From contig CAWGJC010000013.1 of the NCBI GenBank assembly GCA_963822815.1, positions 29,924 to 93,923 of the forward strand: a DNA stretch of 64,000 nucleotides, in the 5' to 3' direction. The notes under the pieces are model-generated. The model had not been told where the DNA came from and made no database searches. It was given only the letters and a program-made list of their open reading frames with translations. Origin of the DNA: an uncultured Alphaproteobacteria bacterium. Lineage in GTDB: Bacteria > Pseudomonadota > Alphaproteobacteria > Acetobacterales > Acetobacteraceae. The stretch's first letter is position 1, and each line of letters begins with the position of its first letter. The position numbers were made by a program, and so were the translations under genes. Shown here piece after piece: positions 10,339-20,446 of this stretch.

Positions 10339-11737
10339 ATGGCACGGCTCGCGCACCGGCCGGGGCATCGCTACGTCTGCCAGAATTGCGGCGCCGTCAG
10401 CGCCGCGCTGGGTCGGGCGGTGCGAATCCTGCGGCGAATGGAACACGATCGTCGAGGAGGCGGTGGAGGCGCGGCCGGGTCCCGGCGGCAGGGCGCCGGC
10501 CGGCCAAGCGCGATCGAGTTCGTCGATCTCGCGGGGAGCACCGATCCGCCGCCGCGGGCGTGCACCGGCATCGCCGAGCTCGACCGCGTGCTCGGCGGCG
10601 GCTTCGTCGCCCGCCTCGGCGGTGCTGGTCGGCGGCGATCCCGGCATCGGCAAGTCGACCCTGCTGCTGCAGGCCGCTGCCTCGCTCGCGGCGTCCGGCA
10701 AGCGCGTGCTCTACGTCTCCGGCGAGGAGGCGATCGAGCAGGTGCGGCTGCGCGCCCGCCGGCTCGGGCTTTCCGCCGCGCCGCTGGAGCTCGCCGCCGC
10801 GATCAACCTGCGCGAGATCGCGGCGAGCCTCGAGGCAGGCCGACGACGCCGCGCTGGTGGTGATCGACAGCATCCAGACCATGTGGCTCGACGGCATCGA
10901 ATTCGGCGCCCGGCACCGTCGCGCAGGTGCGCGCCTCGCGCCTTCGAGCTGATCCGGCTCGCCAAGTCGCGCGGCTTCGCGCTGGTGCTGGTCGGGCACG
11001 TCACCAAGGAGGGGGCGATCGCCGGGCCGCGGGTGCTCGAGCACATGGTCGATGCGGTGCTCTATTTCGAGGGCGATCGCGGGCATCAGTTCCGCATCCT
11101 GCGGGCGGTGAAGAACCGCTATGGCGCTACCGACGAGATCGGCGTGTTCGAGATGACGGATCGCGGCCTGGCCGAGGTCGCCAATCCCTCGGCGCTGTTT
11201 CTCGCCGAGCGGCGCGGCAACATCGCCGGCTCGGCGGTGTTCGCGGGGCTCGAAGGCACCCGGCCGGTGCTGCTCGAGGTGCAGGCGCTGCTGGCGCCGA
11301 ATGCCGGCGGCGCGCCGCGGCGCTCGGTGGTGGGGTGGGATTCCGGCCGGCTCGCCATGCTGCTCGCGGTGCTGGAGACGCGCGCCGGGCTCCGGCTCTC
11401 GGGGAGCGACGTCTATCTCAACATCGCCGGCGGGCTGCGCGTGGCCGAGCCGGCCGCCGATCTCGCGGTCGCCGCCGCGCTCGCCTCGGCGGCAACCGCG
11501 ATGCCGACCCATCCCGAGACGGTCTATTTCGGCGAGGTCGGGCTCTCCGGCGAGGTGCGCCAGGTGGCGCAGGCGGAGGCGCGCCTCAAGGAGGCGGCGA
11601 AGCTCGGCTTCGCCCGCGCCGTGCTGCCGCGCCGGGTCGCGCGCGGCAACCGCAAGCCGGCCCCGACCGAGCTCGCCCTTGCGGAAATCGGCCACCTCGC
11701 CGATCTGGTGGGCGGCTTCACCGGGAAATCGGCGTGA
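10339..11737 (+). CDS. radA: DNA repair protein RadA
   Basis: Zinc finger YVCQNCGAVS..RWVGRCESCGEWNTIVEE, Walker A GGDPGIGKSTLLLQ, and KNRYGATDEIGVFEM, with a Lon-like C-terminus. Readable only by stepping through about 7 single-base frame changes between 10.40 and 10.94 kb. Confidence 0.9.
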
Positions 11738-11847
11738 CGCATCCGCTCGCGCGCGCGCGGGAGAGACGATGCACGTGTCGGCGATGAATCGCACCGATCT
11801 CACGTGTCTCGCGACCGACGATCTCAGCGTGGCGCGCCCGGCGTGAC

Positions 11848-13030
11848 GTGCTGACCCGCGGCCTGCTGCTGGTGATGTCGACCGCCACCGGCGCCGCCGT
11901 CGCCAATCTCTACTACAACCAGCCGCTGCTGGGGCTGATCGCCGCCTCCTTCCCGCATGGCGGTTTCCTGGGCGGGAATGTCGGCCTGGTGGCGATGGCG
12001 ACCCAGCTCGGCTATGCCGCCGGCATCCTGCTGCTGGTCCCGCTCGGCGATCGCATGGACCGCCGCCGCCTCGTGCTGGTGCAATGCGGCGCGCTTCTGC
12101 TGTCGATCGTCGCCGCCGGCCTGGCGCCGACGCTCGGGGCGCTGATGCTCGCCTCCTGGGCGATCGGCGTCTCCGCCACCCTCGCCCAGCAGATCGTGCC
12201 GTTCGCCGCCGACCTCTCCGCGCCGGAGCGGCGCGGGCGAACGGTCGGGACGGTGATGAGCGGGCTGCTCGCCGGGCATCCTGCTCGGCCGGACCGTGGC
12301 GGGCGCGGTCGGCCAGGAATTCGGCTGGCGGGCGATGTTCTGGGCCAGCGCCGGGATCGCGGTGCTGATCGGCGTGGTGCTCGCGGCGCGGCTGCCGCCG
12401 AGCCGGCCGACCACGCGGCTCTCCTATCCGGCGCTGCTGCGATCGCTCGGCGGGCTGCTGCGGCGGGAGCGGGCGTTGCGCCGGGCGTCGCTGATCCAGG
12501 CGAGCCTGTTCGGCGCCTTCAGCGCCTTCTGGTCGACGCTCGCGCTGATGCTGGAGGGGCCGCCCTACCATCTCGGCAGCACCGTCGCCGGGCTGTTCGG
12601 CATCCTTGGCCTGGCCGGGGTGACCGGCGCGCCGTTCGCCGGGCGGATCGCCGACCGGCGCGGGCCGGGCGCGGTGATCGGCGCCGGGATCCTGGCCGTG
12701 ATCCTGGCATTCCTGGTGTTCGGCGTGTGGCGCTCGCTCGCCGGCCTCGTGCTCGGCGTGGTGCTGCTCGATCTCGGCGTGCAGATGACGCAGATCGCCA
12801 ACCAGTCGGTGATTTTCTCCCTCGGCGAGGAGGCCAGGAGCCGGATCAACACCGTCTATGTCACCGCCCTCTTCCTCGGCGGCGCGATCGGCTCCGCCGC
12901 CGGGAGCGTCGCCTGGCGCGAGGCGGGGTGGAGCGGGGTCTCGCTGCTCGGGGCGGCGCTCGGGGTGCTCGGTCTGGCGGCCCATGCGCTCGGCCGGCGG
13001 CGGGCTAGACCGGTTCCAGCTTGGCTGTAA
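11848..13030 (+). CDS. MFS transporter
   Basis: 12-TM-like hydrophobic pattern with LGDRMDRRRL and FAGRIADRRG loop motifs. Stitched from ORFs 11848.. and 12296..13030 (frame change near 12275). GTG start. Confidence 0.8.
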
Positions 13031-13105
13031 CCGGTCTAGACATATTTCGCGAGCAATTTCATCGGCCTGGAATCGCTGCGCAGTCAGGCCGATATTGCTC
13101 TGACC
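13006..13105. repeat. Intergenic repeat family R1, copy B
   Basis: Colinear with 146..248 (roughly three-quarters identical by eye). Begins inside the last 25 nt of the MFS gene. Confidence 0.6.
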
Positions 13106-13200
13106 CAATCGCCCTGACTGTGGTCAGCGCGATTAGGGTCGCGCAGGCCTGCCAATTCACGCCCTGACTGATTCCAGTCAGGGCGATCGGAGGCTAATCG
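13102..13200. repeat. Two stem-loop modules plus conserved GATCGGAGGCTAATC tail (repeat family R2, copy 1)
   Basis: The hairpin at 13102..13140 has 11 outer and 5 inner pairs. The hairpin at 13160..13185 is CGCCCTGACTG-ATTC-CAGTCAGGGCG. The flanks ATTCACGCCC..GATCGGAGGCTAATC recur at 23329..23374. Confidence 0.6.
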
Positions 13201-13254
13201 CTTGCCCCGGACGCGGCCACCCTGGATATACGCCGGGCGCGGCGGGATCTCGGC

Positions 13255-13851
13255 ATGAACTGGGTCGATTGGGCGGTGCTCGCGGTGGTGGTGGTCTCGG
13301 CGCTGCTCGGGATGGCGCGCGGCTTCGTGCGCGAGGTGCTGGGGCTCGGCGCCTGGGTGGGCGCGGCGGCGATCGCCTTCGCCGGCTTCGGCTCCCTGCT
13401 GCCGCTGGTCGAGAGCCGGATCGACGACCCGAATTTCGCCGTCCCGGTCGCCTTCGGCGCCATCTTCATCGTCGCGCTGATCATCCTGTCCCTGCTCGCC
13501 AACCTGCTCGCGCGGCTGGTGCGCGGCTCGACGCTCGCCAGCCTCGATCACGCGCTCGGCGCGGTTTTCGGCGTGGCGAGGGGTGCCGTGCTGCTGATCG
13601 CCGCCTATATCGCGGCTGGATGGGCGGTGCCGGTGGAGCGCTGGCCGCCTGTCGTCGCGGAGGCAAGGGCCCTGCCGATCATCTACCGGGGCGCCACCTG
13701 GGTCGCGGACAAGGTACCGCCCGCCTACCGCCCGCAGGTCGCGCCGCCACCGGGCGCGCATGGGCCGAGCGAGCAGGCGCTCCTGCACGCAACGCCCCAG
13801 GGGCACGCGATGGATGGACACGCGACGGGTGGACACGCGATTGGACGCTGA
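13255..13851 (+). CDS. cvpA: CvpA-family membrane protein (colicin V production protein)
   Basis: MNWVDWAVLAVVVVSALLGMARGFVREVLGLGAWVGAAAIAF with a 4-TM pattern. Sits directly upstream of purF, the classical arrangement. Confidence 0.85.
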   Translation: MNWVDWAVLAVVVVSALLGMARGFVREVLGLGAWVGAAAIAFAGFGSLLPLVESRIDDPNFAVPVAFGAIFIVALIILSLLANLLARLVRGSTLASLDHALGAVFGVARGAVLLIAAYIAAGWAVPVERWPPVVAEARALPIIYRGATWVADKVPPAYRPQVAPPPGAHGPSEQALLHATPQGHAMDGHATGGHAIGR

Positions 13852-13864
13852 TGTGAGGTCTCGC

Positions 13865-15378
13865 ATGCAGGATCATGGGCCTGGGCACGCGTCCGATAAT
13901 GCGGACGACGCGCCGCACGACGACGACAAGCTGCACGAGGAGTGCGGCGTCATCGGCCTGTGGGGCGTCACCGACGCCGCCGCGGTGACGGCGCTCGGCC
14001 TGCACGCGCTGCAGCATCGCGGCCAGGAGGCGACCGGCATCGTCAGCTTCGACGGGCAGCGCTTCCACGCGCACAAGGGCCTGGGCCTGGTGGGCGACAA
14101 TTTCGGCGATGCGCGGGTGATCGCCTCGCTGCCCGGGCATTCCGCGGTCGGCCACAACCGCTATGCGACGACCGGCGAGACGGTGCTGCGCAACGTGCAG
14201 CCGCTCTACGCCGATTTCGAGTTCGGCGGCTTCGCCGTCGCGCATAACGGCAACCTCACCAACGCGCACATCCTGCGCCGCGCGCTGGTGCGCCGCGGCT
14301 GCCTGTTCCAGTCGACCACCGACAGCGAGGTGTTCGTCCACCTGATCGCGATCAGCCTCTACTCGACGGTGGTGGACCGGCTGATCGACGCACTGAAGCA
14401 GGTGGTCGGCGCCTATTCGCTGATCGCGCTCTCCAACGAGGCGCTGCTCGGCGTGCGCGATCCGCTCGGCGTGCGGCCGCTGATCCTCGGCCGCATTCCC
14501 GGGCAGAGCGGCCCAGGGCAGGGGAGCGGCGGCTGGGTGCTGGCGAGCGAGACCTGCGCTTTCGACATCATGGGGGCCGAGTTCGTGCGCGACATCGAGC
14601 CCGGCGAGGTGGTCATCATCAACGACCAGGGCGTGCGCAGCATCAAGCCGTTCGGCGCCACCAAGAGCCGGTTCTGCGTGTTCGAATACATCTACTTCGC
14701 ACGGCCGGACAGCGTGATGGAAGGTACGCCCGTCTATGCCGCGCGCAAGCGGATCGGCGCCGAGCTCGCGCGCGAGAGCCATGTTGCCGCCGACGTGATC
14801 GTGCCGGTCCCGGATTCGGGGGTGCCGGCAGCGATGGGCTATGCGACGGAGAGCGGCGTGCCGTTCGAGCTCGGCATCATCCGCAACCACTATGTCGGCC
14901 GCACCTTCATCGAGCCGACCGACCAGATCCGCAATCTTGGCGTCAAGCTCAAGCACTCCGCCAACCGCGCCATGCTGACCGGCAAGCGCGTGGTGCTGGT
15001 GGACGACTCGATCGTGCGCGGCACGACCAGCCGGAAGATCGTCGAGATGGTGCGCGCGGCCGGTGCGGCGGAGGTGCACATGCGCATCTCCTCGCCGCCG
15101 ACCACGCATTCCTGCTTCTACGGCATCGACACGCCGGAGCGCGGCAAGCTGCTGGCGGCGCGGCATTCGGTGGACGAGATGGCGCAGCTGATCGGCGCCG
15201 ACACGCTCGCCTTCATCTCGCTCGACGGGCTCTATCGCGCGCTCGGCAAGCCCGGCCGCGAGGACGGCAAGCCCGTATTTCTGCGACGCCTGCTTCACCG
15301 GCGACTATCCGATCGTGCTGCCCGACATGCACGACAACACCGACCGCCAGCTCTCGCTGCTCGAAAGCCACCAGTAGC
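13865..15378 (+). CDS. purF: Amidophosphoribosyltransferase
   Basis: CGVIGLWG, HNGNLTN, DSGVPAAMGYA and VVLVDDSIVRGTTS. The true C-terminus YFCDACFTGDYPIVLPD..ESHQ* (stop 15376..15378) is in another frame (frame change near 15270). Confidence 0.92.
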
Positions 15379-15381
15379 GCG

Positions 15382-16093
15382 ATGGGAGTTCTGGACGGCC
15401 AGGTCGCCCTGGTCACCGGTGCGAGCCGCGGCATCGGCGCCGCGGTCGCGATCGCGCTCGCACGGCTTGGCGCGCACGTGGTGGTCACCGCCCGCACGCA
15501 GGGCGGCCTCGAGGAGACCGACGACGCGATTCGTGCGCTCGGCGGTGCCGCCACGCTGCTGCCGCTCGACCTCAAGGACGGCGACGAGCTCGACCGGCTC
15601 GGGCCGAGCCTGGTCGAGCGCTTCGGCCGGCTCGACATCATGGTGCACAATGCGGGCGCGCTCGGCGCGCTGACGCCCGTCGCGCACATCCAGCCGCGCG
15701 ACTGGGCGGAGGTGGTCGGCGTCAACCTCGCCGCGACCTGGCGATTGATCCGGAGCTGCGGGCCGGTGCTGCTGGCGGCGGAAGCGGGCCGCGCGGTGTT
15801 CGTGACCAGCGGGCGTGGTGCGGCGGCCGCGCGCCTACTGGGGCGCCTATGGCGCGACCAAGGCGGCGATGGAGCATCTCGTGCTCACCTGGGCCGACGA
15901 GACCGAGCAGACGAAGCTGCGCGTCAACCTGTTCGATCCCGGCATCGTCGCGACGCGCATGCGCGCCAAGGCGATGCCGGCGGAGGACCCGGCGCCGCTC
16001 GCCAAGCCCGCCGATGTCGCCCCGGCGCTGGTCGCGCTCTGCCTGCCGGAGGAGACGCGGCACGGCCAGGTGGTGCGGTTCACGAGCCCCTGA
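15382..16093 (+). CDS. SDR-family oxidoreductase
   Basis: [19 protein letters not shown] and YGATKAAMEHL. Second half in ORF 15815..16093 (frame change near 15805 in a GGG run). Confidence 0.8.
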
Positions 16094-16139
16094 GAGTCCG
16101 TCTGGAAATGCGCTCAGGGGCGCATTTCCAGACGGACTC
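16094..16139. terminator. Perfect 19-bp hairpin directly after SDR stop
   Basis: GAGTCCGTCTGGAAATGCG - loop CTCAGGGG - CGCATTTCCAGACGGACTC. No T tract follows. Confidence 0.55.
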
Positions 16140-16531
16140 TGAGCCGCCCGCGACTCACTCGTCGCAGCCGGAACCAATGCGGCGGACGACGCCTCGGGCA
16201 TCGCCCCGGGAGGAACCGCCAGATGGGGACGATGCTCGCGGCGGCAGTGGCCGCGGTCGGCCTGGCCGGCTCCGCGCTCGCTCAGGCCCCCGATCACGCG
16301 CGGACCCGATACCAATCCGATCAACGCCGTGCTTGGGCGCGGTGGATTCTTTACGGGGTGATGAACCAACACATACTCGTCCGGCTCGATCGTCCAGATA
16401 TGCTGATCGTGCGTGGCCGGAATCAGCGATTGCCGGGTCATTCATTACCCCGCGCGTAATCGACGCTCGGCGTCTCGCGATGTCATGCATTGCGTGCCGG
16501 AGTGATCCGGTCCGCAACGAGGAGACATGTC

Positions 16532-16887
16532 ATGACCGATGCCGCCGCGATCGCCGATCGCTACATCGCCACCTGGAACGAGCGCGACGCGCCGCGTCGC
16601 CGCGCGCTGCTCGCGGACGCCTGGACCGACGACGCGCAGTATTCGATCCGCTGATGCAGGGCAGCGGGCGGGAGGCGATCGACGCCCTGATCGCGGGCGT
16701 GCAGCAGCGTTTTCCCGACGGCCGCTTCCGCCTGCGCGGCACGCCGGACGCGCATAATGACCGGCTGCGCTTCTCCTGGGCGCTCGATCTGGGCGACGCC
16801 GTCGCCGAAGGCACCGATTTCGCCACCCTCGCCGCCGACGGAAAGCTGCGCAGCGTGACCGGGTTCCTCGACCGCATGCCGGGTTGA
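16532..16887 (+). CDS. NTF2/SnoaL-like small protein
   Basis: GAGGAGA 7 nt before ATG 16532. MTDAAAIADRYIATWNERDAPRRRALLADAWTDDAQY, then after a frame change near 16645 DPLMQGSGREAIDALIAGVQQRFPDGRFRL..GKLRSVTGFLDRMPG*. Confidence 0.65.
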
Positions 16888-16898
16888 TCGCACGATCA

Positions 16899-16932
16899 CC
16901 GCGATGCCCGCGTCTGCATGCGGGCATCGCGG
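16899..16932. terminator. 13-bp perfect hairpin between convergent NTF2-like gene and ptsI
   Basis: CCGCGATGCCCGC - GTCTGCAT - GCGGGCATCGCGG, followed by TTGCG. Confidence 0.55.
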
Positions 16933-16937
16933 TTGCG

Positions 16938-18777
16938 CTACTGTGACGTGAACCCCTCCACCAGCGCGTGGATCTGGTCGGGGTCCGACTGCTCCATCAC
17001 GCGGCGGGCGAAGCGGGCGCAGGCGTCGATCGTCACGCTGCGCACCGCCTGCTTCACCCGCGGCACCGCGGAGGCGTTCATGCTGAAGCTGCGCAGGCCG
17101 AGGCCGAGCAGCAGCGGCGTCAACTTCGGATTGCTCGCCATCTCGCCGCACACCGAGACCGGCCGCCGCATGCGCAGCGCCGCCTCGGTCGCGAACTGCA
17201 CCAGCCGCAGCACCGCCGGATGCAGCGGATCGTAGAGATGCGCGACCTCGCTCTCGGCGCGATCGACCGCCAGCGCATACATCGCGAGATCGTTGGTGCC
17301 GATGGCGAAGAAATCGGCCTCCAGCGCGAGCGCGTCGGCGGAGAGCGCGGCGCCGGGGGTCTCGATCATGATGCCGAGCGGCGGCGGCGTGTCGGGAATG
17401 CGGTCGCCGCGGCGGCGCAGCCGGCGGATCACCCGCTCATAGGTCTCGCGCGCGCTCCGCACCTCCCTCACCGTGGTGACCATCGGCAGCAGCACGCGCA
17501 CCGGCCCGGCGGTCGCGGCGCGCAGGATGGCGGCGAGCTGGGTCTCGAACAGCTCCGGCTGGCGCAGCAGCAGCCGGATGCCGCGCAGCGTCAGCGCCGG
17601 ATTGGCGTCCGCCATCTCCGGCACGATGCCCTCCGGATTCCAGCGCCTCGATCTCCTTCTCGCCGCCCCAGTCGAGCACGCGGATGGTGACCGGATCGCC
17701 GGCCATCGCCTCGACCACGCTGCGATAGACCTCGGCCTGCGCCGCCTCGTCCGGCACCCGCTCGCGGTTCATGAACAGGAACTCGCTCCGCAGCAGGCCG
17801 ATCCCGGCGGCGCCGGACTGCGCGATCAGCGGCAGCTCGGCCGGCAGCTCCAGATTGGCCTGCAGCTCGACCGCGGCGTGGTCGAGCGTCTGCGCGGGCA
17901 GGCGGCGGAGCCGCGACAGCCGGGCGCGCTCGCGGGCGAAGGCGGTGACCGCGCGCCGCGCCGAGGCGAGCGTCGCCGGCGAGGGGTTCAGCACGACCGA
18001 GCCCGGCGGCGCCGTCCACCGTCGCGACGTCGCCCGGCCGCATCGCCGCGGCGAGGCCGGGGACGCCGAGCACCGCGGGGATGCCGAGCGCGCGCAGCAT
18101 GATCGCGGTGTGGCCGTCGGCGCCGCCCTCCTCGGTCGCGACGCCGGCGAGCCGCGAGGGATCGAGCAGCGCCGCGTCGGCCGGGCCGCAGCGCCTCGGC
18201 GAACAGGATCGCGCCTTCGGGCAGGCCGGCGAAGCTGCGGAACGGGGCGCGGGTGAGGTTGCGCACCAGCCGGCGGGCGATCTCGCGAATCTCCTCGGCC
18301 TGGCGCTCCCGCCCGGCATCGTCGGGACCGGGGATCGCGCGAAGGGCGGCGGCGATCGCCTCCGCACTCGTCCGAGACGGCGGTTTCCGAGGAGACCAGC
18401 ATCTCGCGGATGCGGCGGCGGCTCTCGCGCACCAGGCGGGACGGCCCGAGCATCTGGACATAGGCGTCGAGCAGCGGCGCGATCTCGCCGCGCGCCTCGT
18501 CGGGCAGCACGGCGAGGCGGGCGCGGAGCTTCAGGAGCTGCTTGCGCGACTGCGCGATCGCGGCGTCGAGCCGCGCCGATTCGGCCTCGATGTCGGCGGC
18601 GTGGATCTTGTGGCGGACCACCGTGGCCCGCGGCTCGATGGTGCCGAAGACCGGGCCGATGGCGATGCCGGAGGAGACCGGGATGCCGGCGAGCTTGCGC
18701 TCCGGCCGCGTCGGCTGCGAGGCGCGGCGGCCCCCGGTGCTGCTCCCTTCGCTCCTGCCCCGCTCAGTCCTGCTCAT
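16938..18777 (-). CDS. ptsI: Phosphoenolpyruvate-protein phosphotransferase (PTS enzyme I)
   Basis: LAGIPVSSGIAIGPVF, GGADGHTAIMLRALGIPAVLG (phospho-His), LLRSEFLFM, FFAIGTNDLAMYALAVDR and VSVCGEMA. Stitched from ORFs 17437-18777, 17988-18461, 17591-18367 and 16938-17624 (4 frame changes). ATGA overlap with the ptsH stop. Confidence 0.9.
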
Positions 18778-19049
18778 CGAAGCCGGATCTCGACCAGGGC
18801 GGCCAGCGCGTCGAGCGCCTCCTTGGCGTCCCAGCCTTCGGCCCGCAGCTCGAGCTCGGACCCCTGTCCCGCTCCCAGCATCATCAGCCCCATGATCGAT
18901 CGGGCAGACACCACCTGGCCATCCCGTAGCACGTCCACCGCCGCGCCGTAACGTTCGGCGAGCGCCACGAATTTCGCCGCCGCCCGCGCATGCAGGCCGC
19001 GCTTGTTCGGGATGGTGACGATGCGGGTGAGGGCCTGCGCCTCGCTCAT
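18774..19049 (-). CDS. ptsH: HPr-family phosphocarrier protein
   Basis: MSEAQALTRIVTIPNKRGLHARAAAKFV (His-15 region) and SIMGLMMLGAGQGSELELRAEG. Start taken at the internal ATG 19049 of ORF 18774..19175. Confidence 0.85.
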   Translation of the reverse strand: MSEAQALTRIVTIPNKRGLHARAAAKFVALAERYGAAVDVLRDGQVVSARSIMGLMMLGAGQGSELELRAEGWDAKEALDALAALVEIRLR

Positions 19050-19075
19050 GCCGGCGCCGCGGCGGTGCGGGAGCG

Positions 19076-19504
19076 TCAGCCGCAAGTCCCGGTGCGCTTC
19101 GGGCAGCAGTTCTGCAGCACGTGGGAGGCGGCGCCGATATATTTGCGGCCGGCCTGCTCGGCGCAGTCGACGCATTCGGCGAGGGTTCGGGTGCAGCGCA
19201 CCTTGGCGAGCTTGATCAGCATCGGGACGTTGACCCCGCCGATCACCTCGACGCCGGAGCGGCTCATCATCGACATCGCGAGGTTGCTCGGCGTGCCGCC
19301 GAACATGTCGGTGAGCAGCACCACGCCGTCGCCCTGATCGACCCCGGCGATCGCATCCTGGATGGTCTGCCTACATCCCTCGATTTCGTCCTCCGCCCCG
19401 ATGCAGACGGTGGCGACGTTTCGCTGTGGGCCGACCACGTGTTCCATGGCGGCGCGGAGTTCGACGGCAAGCTTGCCGTGAGTGACCAGAACGAGACCGA
19501 TCAT
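19076..19504 (-). CDS. PTS EIIA component, mannose family
   Basis: MIGLVLVTHGKLA (active-site His), LTDMFGGTPSN and AGRKYIGAASHVL. About 140 aa. Confidence 0.85.
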   Translation of the reverse strand: MIGLVLVTHGKLAVELRAAMEHVVGPQRNVATVCIGAEDEIEGCRQTIQDAIAGVDQGDGVVLLTDMFGGTPSNLAMSMMSRSGVEVIGGVNVPMLIKLAKVRCTRTLAECVDCAEQAGRKYIGAASHVLQNCCPKRTGTCG

Positions 19505-19513
19505 GATGGTTGG

Positions 19514-20446
19514 TCAGGCCTCCTGCGCCTGAACGGTAGCGGCCGGTTCCAGAACGGGAGCGGACCGGCTCAATTCCTGGCGGGCCAATTCACGATGCGT
19601 CACGGTAACACGCCAATTTCCGCCTTCGGGCGAAACCAGGTAGGCCCCGAGCTGCTCGATCAAATGGACCGACCGGTGTCTCCCGCCGGTGCAGCCGATC
19701 GCGATCGTCGCATATTTCTTTCCCTCGTGCACGAAGCGCGGCAAGACCAAACCCAGGAGCCCCGTTATCCCACGAAAGAAAGCTGCGCAATCGGGGTCCG
19801 CCTGTACGTAATCCCCAACCCGCCGGTCGAGCCCGGTCAGCGGCCGGAGGAGCGGGTCGTAATGGGGGTTGCGCAGGAAGCGCGCGTCGAACACCAGATC
19901 CGCTTCCCGCGGCAGGCCGGCCGGGTAGGCGAAGGAGATAAGGGAAACCGTGAGGTGGCTTTCGAGTCCGTCGGCCCCGCGTCCGGCGAAATGCTGCTCC
20001 ACCATTCGCCGGAGGTCTCGCAGCGGCATCTCGGAGGTGTCGAGGATGAGGTCGGCCGCGTCGCGCAGCGCCGCGGTGGCCGTCCGCTCGGCGGCGATGC
20101 CGTCCGCGACCCGCCCGTTCGGCGCCAGCGGGTGCCGACGCCGGGTCTCGGTGTAGCGGCGCAGCAGCACCGCATCGTCGGCGGCGGCGTAGACGAGTTC
20201 GGCCCGGACCGCCGGATCGGCGTGCAGGCGGCCGAGCATGGCCAGCACCGCGCCGGCATCGAAGCCGCTGGTCCTGGCGTCGATCCCGATCGCGAGCAGG
20301 CTTCCGCCGCGCGCCACCAGCTCGTCCACCAGTGGCAGCGGCGGATTGTCCACCGCCTCGTAGCCGATATCCTCGAGCGCCCGCAGGACCGAGGATTTTC
20401 CGGCCCCCGACAGGCCGCTGACCACCAGGACGCGGCGGTCCGCCAT
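19514..20446 (-). CDS. rapZ: RNase adapter / nucleotide-binding protein RapZ
   Basis: MADRRVLVVSGLSGAGKSSVLRALEDIGYEAVDN (Walker A), FDARFLRNPHY and CTGGRHRSV. ATG 20446 shares one base with the hprK stop (TGATG). Confidence 0.88.
   Translation of the reverse strand: MADRRVLVVSGLSGAGKSSVLRALEDIGYEAVDNPPLPLVDELVARGGSLLAIGIDARTSGFDAGAVLAMLGRLHADPAVRAELVYAAADDAVLLRRYTETRRRHPLAPNGRVADGIAAERTATAALRDAADLILDTSEMPLRDLRRMVEQHFAGRGADGLESHLTVSLISFAYPAGLPREADLVFDARFLRNPHYDPLLRPLTGLDRRVGDYVQADPDCAAFFRGITGLLGLVLPRFVHEGKKYATIAIGCTGGRHRSVHLIEQLGAYLVSPEGGNWRVTVTHRELARQELSRSAPVLEPAATVQAQEA

Noticed and set aside
7451-11737. 1428-aa ORF in the track, which would be the largest protein in this part of the window
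   Set aside because: It is a chimera. Its first 200 aa are the racemase-family gene and the next part is the VOC gene. The middle 8.6-10.3 kb is antisense to the clearly real REC-PP2C/HATPase genes (Arg/Ala-rich nonsense), and the end is radA. Stop codons are rare in off-frames of such GC-rich DNA.
10397-13108. 903-aa minus-strand ORF
   Set aside because: It is antisense to radA and the MFS transporter. Its composition is dominated by Arg, Pro, Ala and Gly with no motifs, typical of a shadow ORF in high-GC DNA.
13031-13254. Possible purine/ZTP-type riboswitch in the structured leader of cvpA-purF
   Set aside because: I could not find the conserved pfl/ZTP or purine riboswitch core sequences. 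The hairpins recur at unrelated loci (146-248, 23326-23375), which fits a dispersed repeat better.
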